Shown: positions 52,464 to 64,000 of the stretch, piece by piece
How positions within the stretch are numbered: the first letter of the stretch is position 1
Layout: each line of letters begins with the position of its first letter
NCBI RefSeq assembly: GCF_001194135.2
Contig: NC_068983.1
Coordinates: forward strand, 60,451,474-60,515,473
Direction: 5' to 3'
Source: Octopus bimaculoides
Lineage: Eukaryota
DNA: 64,000 nt
Notes under the pieces: model-generated
Databases searched by the model: none
The model's input: the letters and a program-made list of their open reading frames with translations, nothing else
What the model was told of the DNA's origin: nothing
Made by a program: the position numbers and the translations under genes

Positions 52464-53331
52464 GTGAGAGCAAATTTAATTTTTCACAATTCACCCATGG
52501 AAGGATTGGTTGGTCTGGGTTATAACTGAAAAAAAAAACACTTCCTTGAATTGTCATGCAATGGGACTGAACTTGAAACCATTTGGTTGCTGAACAAACT
52601 TTTCACCCACACAGCCAGTGTGTGTGTGTAGTCAATACTAATGCCTAATATAAAGTGGTGAGCTGGCAAAATCCTTGGCACGCTGGACAGAATGCTTTGA
52701 TGAAATAAATACCATTGTATACCGGGGACAATGTAATTGGCTTGACCCCTCCCCCAAAATGTCAGGCCTTGTGCTTATAGTAGAAAGGATGCTCAGCCTT
52801 TTAAAGGTTCCAGTGTATCACATCACATTATTAAATCTTATTCAGTTTATGAAGGCAATGAATAGATTCTCAGCGAATAATAAAACCAAACAGTTGTTAA
52901 TAGAAATTAAATCAGCTGAGCCTGGTTTTGTGTGAAGGCTGCATGGAACTGCATAACCCAAAAATATGATCATTATAAACAGCGCTGGCTTAACTGCTAA
53001 GCATTATAAGCATGTGCTTAAAGCATCAAGGGAAGAGAGGACACCACAGAAAGTGGTTTGTGGCACAAAAGAAACCACTTTAAAGTTGCTAGAATAATAT
53101 TCAGGATGCCTTTATCTCTATTAAGTATAGAAGCAGATGTGTTACGCAAAAGTAATTTTGAGGATCTGATCAAAGACTTTGCAATTAAAAAAGAATAGAA
53201 AACTTTTCAAATTTTGAATTAGATTTATATGTGGGGGCAGCAAAATCTTTTAAGTGCTTGGGGCCTTTATGGGTCTTAATCAGGTCCTGATTATAAGACA
53301 TAAAATGATTGTTTTGCTTTTATATTTCCAG

Positions 53332-53452
53332 GTGGATCATCACCATTATCGAATACAAGCCCACTAAATGTCTCTAATATTAATCAAAGTTTCCAGCAAG
53401 TCTCCAAAATACACACATCTCCAACACAAATGGATCCTTTTTATACTCAAGG
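53332..53452 (+). CDS. NUP35: NUP35 coding exon 5
   Basis: atttccag|GT, reads through HTSPTQMDPFYTQ(G) (compare LSPAQLDPFYTQG), donor gg|gtatgt (phase 1 to 2). Confidence 0.9.
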
Positions 53453-53901
53453 GTATGTATATAATTTCTACATACATGTTGAGGGGGTCTTGTCCTGCAG
53501 ATACCTAGTGACTTCACTAATGCTGGTGCCATGGATAAAAGCACCAAGTACACTCTGTGAAGTAGCTGGTATGAAAAAAGACATCCAACATAGAAACCAT
53601 GCCAAAAAAACAAACATTGGGGTTCAGTGCAGGCCTCTGGCGCATCGGTTCCTGTCAAACTGTCCAACCCATGCTAGCATGGAAAGAGGGCTGTAGTAGA
53701 AGAAACTTGTCCAGAGCCATGTTGTTGAGAAGCAGGCTTCTTACCACACAGCTACATCTGAAGTTTCTATTGAAAAGACTTTGGATTTGTGTCTTGGATA
53801 AAATTCTTAATTCTTTTGCTAATAAAGTCAAAAATTGTAACTTTTCGATTCTTAACTAATAAAATTCTTCTTTTTTTTTTTTTTTTTTTTTTTTTTTGCA
53901 G

Positions 53902-53955
53902 AGAATCTTTATTGGTTACTGACCAACTTGATGAAACTTGGGTTACTATTTTCGG
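53902..53955 (+). CDS. NUP35: NUP35 coding exon 6 (RRM start)
   Basis: polyT-gcag|A, reads ESLLVTDQLDETWVTIF(G) (compare DSLTSEDHLDDSWVTVFG), donor gg|gtaagt. Confidence 0.92.
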
Positions 53956-54562
53956 GTAAGTTTCTCTTTTGATATCTTGCCTTTGTCTTGGAATAGTTTT
54001 TGTCTACATTTTTGCACATTACTTATTGATGAAGAAACCAACAAGGGAGCTTCTACATCAGGGATTTTAAATCTTTTTTTTGTTTTTTGTCCCACACCCA
54101 ACTTCAATTTTAACCCCTAAAAAACATGCACCTCCACCATGAACAAAAGTACACACACACACACACACAAATTATGCAGTAGATGTACAAACGGGATAAA
54201 CTTACCTATTTCTCCATTGATTGAAAAAATGTCAGACACCCTTAATTGATTTTCAAACTTTGTGTTCTCGTCAGGTGTTGACATCACTTTACCAGTTCCA
54301 CAGAAACAACCAGCCAATCTGTTTATATGCACACACACACACACACACACACATATATGCTTGTTTAGAGCAAATGCCACTCAATGCACTCGTAAAAGCT
54401 CCTGTTTCTTGTCAGTTGCCATCTGTTATTCCTATCTTCCAGAGTAATCCCATGAAACAGTTATACATGCAGAATTCCTTACAACTTGGGATAAATATAG
54501 TAATAACAAAAATGACTTCTGGGTGGAAACTTTTGTACTTTATTAATGTGTTGCAACATATG

Positions 54563-54760
54563 TTTCTGCATACCACATATTCATTTGTGAGGATATTCTC
54601 ACACCCAAAGGATATTATTAGACATTATTTACAATATCTATAAATCTTGAGCATACCCATGGAATAGAGGCATGCTCAAGATTCATAGATATTATAAATA
54701 TTTAATAATATCCTATGGATGTAAGAATATCCTCACAAATGGATATGTAGTATACAGAAA
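54563..54760. repeat. Near-perfect hairpin (about 90-bp arms, 17-nt loop) in the NUP35 intron between coding exons 6 and 7
   Basis: Manual alignment of the arms: 9 mismatches over 89 positions plus a 3-nt bulge. Confidence 0.92.
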
Positions 54761-55011
54761 CCTATTGCAATAAAATACAAAAATGTCCTTCCACGAGTCA
54801 TTTTCACTATTACTATATATGTATCATCATCATTTAATGTCTACTTTCCATGCTAACATAGGTGGGACGTGTGTACGTATATATAAAATAAATGATAATG
54901 GGTTATGGGTTCATTCTGAAATGGATTCAGCTGTGAAGAACAGACTCACATTTAAAAATGATTTCAGTTTGGTTATTTAGAATTAATTTAGAATTTTCAT
55001 TTTCTCCGCAG

Positions 55012-55081
55012 TTTCAATTCAGCTGCTGCATCTTATATCCTTGACCAGTTCTCACAATATGGAAACATTTTACAACATGTG
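55012..55081 (+). CDS. NUP35: NUP35 coding exon 7 (RRM)
   Basis: ctccgcag|T, reads FNSAAASYILDQFSQYGNILQHV (compare [23 protein letters not shown]), donor gtg|gtatgt. Confidence 0.93.
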
Positions 55082-55839
55082 GTATGTACTCCATCCTTTC
55101 TTTCTCTGTCAGTTCGTGTGTGAGGGGGATATTTTGGAAATAAAAATAACCCTGGGATAATTTCAATATAGAGGGGCAAGCATGGCTGTTTTAAAATGTT
55201 TACAACTTCACAGCTATTTCAGTTTTTAGTTTTGTCCTACAGTGTGGCTCTTTTTGCTAAGTGTCTTCTGTTATAACTCTGGACTAACCAAAGTCTTGTG
55301 AGTGGATTTGATAAAAGAAACCCATCATATATATATAAAATATAATGTGGGTGTATGTTTGTCTCATTGTGTTGATGCCACACATGCTATGATAGTTATG
55401 AGCAAATGTTGCTATCGAACTTTCCATGGAAGGCCTGTCCAGCCATGGAGAAATATTACCTTGCTAGTAACAGAAAGGGCATCTGGCTATAGAAAATCTG
55501 CCTTAGTGAATTCTGTCTGATCTGTGCAGGAATGGGAAAATGGATGTTAAACAAATAATAGTGTTTTGACATTGTTTAAAAACTTAATATAAAACAATGT
55601 CACAACTTAAGCCATGATGTTGTTTGTGCTCAATGCACTCGTAAAAGCTCCTGTCAGGTCATTCAGAAGTTTATTACATGAAAGACCAGGGAGATAAATA
55701 CATGGTAATCACCATTTAATGTCCACTTTTCCTTGTCTGCATGGGCGAGATGGAATTTAACGAGGCAGGTTAGCAATAGGAAGGGCATCCAGCTGTACAA
55801 GATATTGCCTCAACAAAGTGGACATTAAATGACCATACT

Positions 55840-56290
55840 TACTTGCTCAGCGATGATGGGATTCCAGATGAGATAAATGTGTATGGCAAGCCTCTCCTCA
55901 TATCCCATTGTCACTCTTTGTTTTGTCTCTGCTGGCAGGGGAAGACGATACCTGACAGGTGGCAACACTCCAATACTGTCACAGTCTACAAGCACAAGGG
56001 AGACCATGCAGAGGAATTTCTCATCTGGATAACACCATAAAGATCCTCTCTTGTATTCCTCTCAGTTTTGTTGTCAACTTGGTTATGCCTTAAGTCCCTG
56101 TGTGGATTTTGACCAGAAAGAAGTATTTCTCACCTGATATTTATGGCCCATCTTGAAAAATGTCTTGAACTGCTGAGAGACATATGTTACACCTTCATCA
56201 ATTTAACGAAGACATTTGACACAGTCAACCATCCTATGTTGTGGTGCTTGCTTCAGAAGTTTGTCTGTCCACCACCATTTCTCTCAAAAT
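55840..56290 (+). mobile_element. RTE-clade LINE reverse transcriptase fragment
   Basis: ...TVTVYKHKGD, RGIS-like segment, LEKCLE...FINLTKTFDTVNHPMLWCLLQKFVCPPPF; decayed. Confidence 0.8.
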
Positions 56291-56548
56291 AACTATGTTG
56301 ATGAGGATGATAACTGTACAGAATATGTGTCGGGTAATTAAAGATTGGTGTTGATTATTTTATGTTTTGATAATGAATTTGGTCAGAAAGTTCTTCTAAC
56401 AATTTCAGCATAGAGAATCTGTAATGTTATTGAAGTGGAGAAAAGATATGTTCTTTAGCAGCTGCTATTTTAGTTAGTATCTTCCCCCATTACCGTTTAT
56501 TTCTAAATTTATATCTTTATTTTTTTTTTTTTTTTTTTTTTTTTGCAG

Positions 56549-56677
56549 ATATCTTCAGATGGCAATTGGATGCATATACAATATCAATCCAAATTACAAG
56601 CTAAAAAGGCTCTCAGCAAGAATGGCAAAATATTTGGTGATAGTATTATGTTGGGAGTTACACCTTGTATTGATAAG
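56549..56677 (+). CDS. NUP35: NUP35 coding exon 8 (RRM)
   Basis: [43 protein letters not shown] is near-identical to the NUP35 RRM C-half. polyT acceptor; donor aag|gtaacc. Confidence 0.95.
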
Positions 56678-57234
56678 GTAACCCCCCTTCTCTTACTTAG
56701 CTATCTTCGTTTTAAAACCAGGGTGTTACTTGTCACATGATGGGTCAATTAGGAAGTATGCTTTTACCACCATAGATTATATCAAGAAATATGGCAAACA
56801 TACAATGATTATAATTTAACTTTGTTTTTGTATTTGGTTTGTAAGATTCTCGATTTAAATTTGTAGCCCTAGAGGTGAGAGGTCTTTCATTAACAAACCA
56901 ACCAATCAAGCAGCACATTAAACAAATGATTGATTAGTTAGTTTGTTAGATTAACTAACAATAAAGAAGTGATATGGAACCAGTGCATGTGTTACTATTG
57001 GTGAAATGACCTTCTCAAGACACAAGATATGATTTCATTATTATCTGATTTTGTGATGTTTATACAAAATAATGATGAAATGAATACTAATTTAGAAAGG
57101 AAAACATTACCTTAAGATAAAATTAAATAAAAATTTCTCATTTGTATAACTGTCATTTACTCTGATTCACCCTTCTCCTCCTCCTCCTCTGTGAGTCTTT
57201 CTTTCTTGTGTGTTGTGTCCTTCACTCTGCCTAC

Positions 57235-57498
57235 CAGGGCTGTGGAGTCGAAACGAAAAACTTCGATTCTGACCCCGACTCCCCTTTATGTAATTAAGTG
57301 ATTGTGGTCTACATATCTCATAAAGCATAAGCATACGTTTGTACTTTGAGTAGGCCTATACGCTATAACTGGTTTATATTAAGGAATAAAGATATTGTGA
57401 GTCGGAATCAAGAGTCGGTATAATTTCACCAACTCCGACTGCAGCTACCCTTTAATTGTTTCCGACTCCATGACTTCAACTCCGATGCCACAGCCCTG
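57235..57498. mobile_element. hAT-like MITE with subterminal gagtcg/cgactc repeats
   Basis: TIRs cagggctgtggagtcg and cgatgccacagccctg; TSD ctgcctac / ctgcctgc. Confidence 0.85.
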
Positions 57499-57721
57499 CT
57501 GCCTGCTACCAGGCTTATGTATGAGATGAAGACAGGAGAATAGGAATCTCATTTGAATGATTCATTGGTTAGGCAGAAGAAAAGATCTCAAGTTGTTAAA
57601 ACAGAACCAAAAAAATTTCAGATTTGCAAAATCATCTCTCTTGAAGCAGAATGGCAATTCTTTTAATGTAGTTGGTTTTGCAGTAATTATTTTCTAATTA
57701 TTTATTTTATTTTGTTCACAG

Positions 57722-57931
57722 AATCTTATGGAATCTAACAAAGAAAATATACATATCCATAGCATTCTATCAGCACCATCCAATGTCTACCATTCCACAC
57801 CAATGTCTTCCAAGATCCAAAGCCATTCTCTATTACCCAATGTAACTGGAACCCCTAACTCTCTCTCAACAGGTGTAAGACCAATTAATACACCAAAGTC
57901 TTTGCAAAAAAGACCATTGAATGAAAGCGAG
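57722..57931 (+). CDS. NUP35: NUP35 coding exon 9
   Basis: ttcacag|AAT, reads NLMESNKEN...STGVRPINTPKSLQKRPLNESE, donor gag|gtaact, phase 0-0. Confidence 0.85.
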
Positions 57932-58469
57932 GTAACTTTCTTCTCCATTCTAAATTTGTTTTATTTCAAGCAGAGATTCTCGGCCTTTTTTATATTCAGT
58001 TGGAACCTCATAAACCATTCAATGCTTAAAAAATCCTGTAATATTTTCAGAACTAAATATTTATTAGGAATTGTATAAAAAGATTAAAATGTTTTGTGTA
58101 TTGCAGAAATAGAAGCAAATTATTGCACATAAATGTCAACAAAAAAAATCTTATATTGACCTCAAACGGGTCGTATGGGTCCTGATAGAGAACCGCTGGT
58201 TCAAGGTAATACTTCACTTCACTGGATTTACTTTCCAACCATGTAGTTTTGAGTTCAGTCCCATGACTTGGCACTTTGAGCAAATGTCTTCTTTAGTCTA
58301 AAGCAGTGTTTCTCAACTATTTTACCCTTGCGTAACACTTAAAATATATTATGTCTCAAGGAACCTCTGCACAAAAACAAAAATTATATACCATATCTTT
58401 CTCATATTTTTCCATTGTAGTTCATGTAGTAAATATTATACGTGTGTGTGTGTGTGTATATATATATAT

Positions 58470-59100
58470 AATCATCATCATCATCGTTTAACGTCCGCTT
58501 TCCATGCTAGCATGGTTTGGATATATATATATTATATCATCATCACTTAACATCTGTTTTCCATGCTGACATGGGTTGGGCTGTTTGACTGAGGTCTGGA
58601 GAGCCAGCGGCTGTGCCAGGCCCCAATCTGATCTGGCAGTGTTTCTACAGCTGGATGCCCTTCCTAATGCCATCCACTCTGAGGATGTAGTGGGTGCTTT
58701 TTACATGCCATTGGCACAGGAGCCAGTCAGGCAGACCTGGCACCCATCACATTTGATTAGTGTTTTTTATGTGCCACCGGCACGGGAGCCAGTCAGGGGG
58801 TTCTGACATTGATCACATTCAGATAGTGCTTTTTACGTGCCACTGACACAGGAGCCAGTTGGGGCACTCGCATCTGCCACATTTGGATGGTGCTTTTTAC
58901 ATGCCACTGGGGCCAGACAAGTGGTCCTGGCATCAACCAAGTTTGGATGTTGTTTTTTACATGCCACCACCATGGGAGCCAATCAGGGGACATTGGCATT
59001 GGCCACATTCGGATGATGCATTTTATGTTCCACTAGCACGGGAGCCAGTCAGTGGGCACTGGCCACAGCTACAATTTTGGTTTTACTTGACTCAACAGGT
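58470..59100 (-). mobile_element. RTE 3' UTR / (CAT)n-tail repeat with about 7 tandem 55-62 bp units
   Basis: Repeated unit gtgc(t)ttttacgtgccac..ggagccagtcagg followed by the family tail ending in (gat)n on the minus strand. Confidence 0.8.
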
Positions 59101-59660
59101 CTTCTCAAGCATATCATATTGCCTGATGCATCAGGGTTACTCTTAAATGGGCCGGACATGCAACACTGGCATCAGCCATGGCTGCGATCTCACTTTAGTT
59201 GCTGGGTCTTCTCAATCACAGCATATCTCCAAAGGTCTCAGTTTCCTGTCATTGCCTCCATGAGGCCCAGTGTTCGAAGGTCATGCTTCATCACCTCATC
59301 CCAAGTCTTCCTGGGTCTACCTCTTCCATAGATTCCTTCCACAGTTAGGGAGTGGCACTTCCTCATGCAGCTGTCCTCATCCATATGTAACACATGACCA
59401 AACCAGTGCAGTCGTTTCTCTTGCACACCACATTTGACATTTCTTATGTTGAAGTTTTCTCTCCTGGGTGCTTACACTCTGCCGTGTATGCACACTGACA
59501 TTACACATCCAGTGGATCATACTAGCTTCATTTCTTTCAAGCCTACACATGGCCCATGTTTCACTGCCATGTTCGCACACGTTTCATACAGTCTACTTTT
59601 CACCCTGAGCGAGAGGCCCTTCATTGCCAGCAGAGGTAGGAATTTCCTGTACTTTGCCCA
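59100..59660 (-). mobile_element. RTE LINE 3' ORF2 fragment, contiguous with the (CAT)n-tail repeat
   Basis: PLLAMKGLSLRVK...HGSETWA...RLERNEASM...EKRLHWFGHVLHMDEDSC...GRGRPRKTW. Confidence 0.85.
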
Positions 59661-59765
59661 GGCTATTCTTATGGAAAAGTGGGGTTAAAGATGATTGATT
59701 TAATTTTTTTTTTTTTAATTTGTTTGCTGAAATCTCCATGATTTTTTTTTTTCCTTTCTGTTTAG

Positions 59766-59843
59766 GTGTTCCAGACAGCACGGACTCCACAGAAAAGCAA
59801 TGATTTTTTCTCTAAAGCCATGGAATATGTTTTTGGCTGGTAG
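59766..59843 (+). CDS. NUP35: NUP35 terminal coding exon (amphipathic helix)
   Basis: tttag|GTG, reads VFQTARTPQKSNDFFSKAMEYVFGW* (compare LVSKAMEYMFGW*). Confidence 0.95.
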   Translation: MFQTARTPQKSNDFFSKAMEYVFGW

Positions 59844-60005
59844 ATTATATCAATATTTTAAGTCCGTATATCATTTTAGGATTAAAGAAGAAAAACTCCA
59901 CAGAAAAGCAATGATTTTTCCTCTAAAGCCATGGAATATGTTTTTGGCTGGTAGATTATATCAATATTTTAAGTCCGTATATCATTTTAGGATTAAAGAA
60001 GAAAA
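59784..60005 (+). repeat. 111-bp tandem duplication covering the NUP35 stop codon region
   Basis: Units 59784-59894 and 59895-60005 are identical except for one T/C (ttttttctct vs tttttcctct). Confidence 0.95.
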
Positions 60006-62084
60006 ATTCAAAAATGTTTAAACTAGGGGATTTAATGTTTATATATTTTTTGCATACAATTAATCCATCTTCAAAAGTTTCTACTTTATTTTTGTATAGA
60101 AATGTTTTTATTCTACCAAATCACCTTTCTACAATGCTGTCATTAATAATTAAATAACAAATTAAAAGCAACTCTGGTAATGTAACCATTATCAGTCACC
60201 TGTGGAATGGCATCCAGGTAAAGCTCCCCAACATTAAAGATCACCTGAATGTCACATCTCACTTGGTCTGTGATATTCAAGTGTTCTTTAACCCTCAGCA
60301 TTGTTTAGGGAGCTTTCCCCAGACGCTATTCCACAGAAAATTTGGTGTCTAAACAAAGCACATACACTATGTATGTGTGACTGATAATACTATTGTTAAT
60401 AACTTAGATATTAGATACTGCTCTGATGAGCCATTCATCAACACCTAGTTTCCTTAGCGACCACCCAATGTGGTACCCTGCCCAATTGACAGTACCATCC
60501 ACACGTAATCTGGTGGTGACTAAGGAAACTAGAGATTAACAAATGGCTTTTGAGAGATAAAAAGAAAGGCAGAGAGCTGATGTTTAACAATTTCTACAAG
60601 TTAGATTCAATCGGTTTAGATAAAAAAATTTTTTTTTAATGCTGCATTTTGGATTTGGATTAGTTGTTGCTTTGGCATATCAATTTAATTACTCAATTAT
60701 TAATCTTTATTACGAGAGATTTTAGCTTCTGTTTAATTTACATATATTTTAAGATCTGACGCTAACATTTTATACTTTGGTTGAAGTTTACTTTTCACTG
60801 NNNNNNNNNNNNNNNNNNNNNNNNNNNNNNNNNNNNNNNNNNNNNNNNNNNNNNNNNNNNNNNNNNNNNNNNNNNNNNNNNNNNNNNNNNNNNNNNNNNN
60901 NNNNNNNNNNNNNNNNNNNNNNNNNNNNNNNNNNNNNNNNNNNNNNNNNNNNNNNNNNNNNNNNNNNNNNNNNNNNNNNNNNNNNNNNNNNNNNNNNNNN
61001 NNNNNNNNNNNNNNNNNNNNNNNNNNNNNNNNNNNNNNNNNNNNNNNNNNNNNNNNNNNNNNNNNNNNNNNNNNNNNNNNNNNNNNNNNNNNNNNNNNNN
61101 NNNNNNNNNNNNNNNNNNNNNNNNNNNNNNNNNNNNNNNNNNNNNNNNNNNNNNNNNNNNNNNNNNNNNNNNNNNNNNNNNNNNNNNNNNNNNNNNNNNN
61201 NNNNNNNNNNNNNNNNNNNNNNNNNNNNNNNNNNNNNNNNNNNNNNNNNNNNNNNNNNNNNNNNNNNNNNNNNNNNNNNNNNNNNNNNNNNNNNNNNNNN
61301 NNNNNNNNNNNNNNNNNNNNNNNNNNNNNNNNNNNNNNNNNNNNNNNNNNNNNNNNNNNNNNNNNNNNNNNNNNNNNNNNNNNNNNNNNNNNNNNNNNNN
61401 NNNNNNNNNNNNNNNNNNNNNATTTTATTAAACCTTTAGCATTCAAACTAAAAATAATCACATTGAAATCTCAAATTTATGGGATAATGCAAGATTAATT
61501 CAAAGGAATGTGAATAAATAAGCTTTAATTATGACAGTAATCTGAATAAGTACTAAAGAGATGAATTTATTATTTTCAAATTTAATTGAAAAAGAGGCAG
61601 AGTATTTTAACAGAAATTTCGTAACAAAAGGGTTAAACTTCGTTTTAATCCTAAAATTTCCTGCATGGCATAAATATGTGATATATATGAAATATGGTTG
61701 TGTGTGTGCACACATGGGAAAGGATTTAACTGTGATGATGTAAGATGGAGTCTGGGTCTTAAAATTGTCAATGCCACATGGAAGTTTTATACATCTGTAA
61801 TTTGTATCCTGTAAAAGATTGAGTTTGAATCACAATTAAAATTTTACAGCTTTTTTTTTTCTTTTCTTTGTGTTACATGAATGAAATTTGTTTTGTTTTT
61901 TTTTCCAGAGGAATATTTGTAAAACTTAAAACTGGCCAAGTGTCTTCTCTATAATAAGACAAAATATCTTTGTCCCTCTATCATTCTCTTGCCTCGTAAA
62001 GGTGTGTGGCTATTGATGGATGCTAAACACCAAACAGTGAGGTACACAGCTTCAGATGTTTACATTGTGTGAAGATGCATGGCT

Positions 62085-62400
62085 TTGTGGTTAGGGGTAC
62101 TTATCTCGTGATCATAAGGTCATGAGTTTGATTCCCAGCAGTACATTGTGCCCTTGAGCAAGACACTTCATTTTCACATTGCTCCAGTCCACTCAGCTGG
62201 CAACAAAAGAGGTATGCCTATATTTCAAACGGCCAGCCTTGTCACATTGTATGTCCCACTGAATCTCCCTGAGAAATACGTTCTAAGGCTATGCATATCT
62301 GTGGAGTGCTCAGCCACTTGCACGTTAATTTCATGAACAGGCTGTTGTGTTTGATTGGATCAACTGGAACCCTCATCGTCATAACCGATGGAGTGTCAGT
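62085..62400 (+). mobile_element. tRNA-headed SINE family D copy. Other copies: 22030-22300-, 22680-22870-, 29520-29760-
   Basis: tRNA-like head (gtggttaggg...gagtttgattccc), central ccttgagcaagacacttc...ttgctccagtccactcagctggca domain, and shared gtggagtgctcagccacttgcac. Confidence 0.75.
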
Positions 62401-64000
62401 TAACCTCTTGCCTTGCACACAACCATTTCACCCTTGGTTCCACTCCTTCTCTCAACTAAGAGGTCTTTGTCTTGAAAGTTACTTGGCAACCCCTGCTGGT
62501 GCTAGCCCCATGTGAAAAACACCCTGTACATTCTGTAAAGTGGTTTTCATTGGGAAAGGCATCCAGCTGTAGAAACCTTGCCAAAACAAACAATTGGAGC
62601 CTGGTGCAGTCTTCTGGCTTGGAAAATGGATGTTTGATGATGATGAGTGGCAAATAAAGTCCCCCTCCAACCTATGTCAGTGCTCTACAGTGGCTAGTCT
62701 CAGGCCTTCTTGACCTATACTCATCTGCTTGGAATTATCTCAGTGTTGTAGGTTGATGTTTTTAGTCAGATTTTTTTCAATGACCAAAAAACAGAAAAAT
62801 AAGGAAAGAAAAAAACATATTTTATAAATGGTTCGTTTATTTCGAGTTTTAAATAGAATAATTTATTTTATATAAATGTTTTCAATATTTTTTTAAATAG
62901 ATTGCGGAGTGTGGGTTGACAGTTTCATCTGTTGATGTACAAATATCCAAGGACACTTGCTTCTTTTTCATTTTTTGTTTTTTAGGGGAATGGATTAAAA
63001 TCATAATTTATTGTTGAACGCTGACTATTCCTGTTTTACTCTTCACTATAAATATATAAGTTTATGTCAGCATTATTATACTGCATATTATATTATAGCT
63101 AGCTATAAGCAGTAGAATTATCTGTTAAATAAAATTTAAAAAAGTCTAAGAAAGGTTTCTGACCCAAACACATTTCACCTTTAAATAATAATTAAAAAAA
63201 AAAAATTTAGGTGGATCCATTATTTTTTTGAAAGAATGATTAAAAATTGCACCGGTTTTAAATTGCTTTGAGCTATATTTTAATTAGCTGTAAACAGGGC
63301 TACCATATTTCACGTGTACCATTTTTAATTAGCTGTAATTAGAGCTAGAGTAGCGATAAAAACTGTAAGATAAATTTCTTGAAATAATGAATAAAGAATG
63401 GATCTCAATGAAAAAAAAATTCACTCTTTAAATGTTTTGACATCTAAGCAACTCCGTATCCTTGACTACCACAGTGAATAGCAACAAGGAGTCTATCTCT
63501 TAGCTCTTCCATGGTGGGATAATCAGGTAGACGCATTAAATTGATACTGAAATAAAAAAAGGAACATTTTCATACATAATTACATTTGATGACGCACTTA
63601 CAAGTGACTTATTAAAACATGCCATGTCCGGTATTTTAGAAATATTTTAACCCTTTAGCACTTAAACTGACCAGATCTAGCTTTTCACACCTACCCTTCA
63701 ATGTCATTCTAAAAATAGTCCTATTATTGAAATTTGAAAGCTACGAGATAATGCAGGATTAGTTCAAAACAATATGAATAAATAAGCATTACATTTGACA
63801 GAATAATCTGAATGCTGGAGTGTTCGTTTTTCTGGCAAACACATTTAGTTAAATCATTTGTAGAAATACGGTTTCAATAATGTATTATAAGCAAAGGTGG
63901 GCACTGTTAACCGAAATGTTAATTTTTAATCCATTGATCAAAAAGTTAACGTTGATAACTGTGAATCAGTTAATTCTTTAAAAATGTAATGGAAGTTATT

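Noticed and set aside
58690-59070. Regularly spaced 55-62 bp units resembling a CRISPR array (also 3165-3380 and 1790-1970)
   Set aside because: The whole unit is repeated and degenerate, with no unique spacers and no cas genes. It is the VNTR in a eukaryotic retroposon 3' UTR.
62085-62160. tRNA-like sequences (box A/B) here and in the SINE family B and C heads
   Set aside because: No complete cloverleaf; each continues into a SINE body, so they are not tRNA genes.

Overview
AT-rich, repeat-dense animal genomic DNA. The repeat families resemble those of Octopus/cephalopods (inference, not verified). There are three assembly gaps (36563-36982, 39113-39185, 60801-61421). I reconstructed two spliced genes by hand; they are divergently transcribed and every junction is GT-AG and phase-consistent. 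(1) Minus strand: a GMEB-like SAND-domain transcription factor, 6 coding exons at 30588->14273, 1233 nt, about 410 aa. (2) Plus strand: NUP35/Nup53, 10 coding exons at 45535->59843, 1059 nt, 352 aa. Between them lie a CpG/ACGT-rich promoter-like block (35.6-36.0 kb) and an intact THAP zinc-finger ORF (37367->37101). The THAP ORF ends at a phase-0 GTAAGT donor, which is frame-compatible with the first SAND exon. The rest is a catalogue of transposon relics: RTE, CR1/L2-like and HERO-like LINE fragments, at least three SINE-like families, mariner/Tc1, hAT and Merlin-type elements, Penelope-type hammerhead-like motifs, long inverted repeats and microsatellites. Repeat boundaries are approximate unless TIR/TSD coordinates are given. 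The best leads are the possible THAP-SAND fusion, a cluster of GMEB-type ACGT half-sites upstream of the GMEB-like gene, and a hammerhead-like motif in a NUP35 intron. All three are hypotheses that need expression or biochemical tests.
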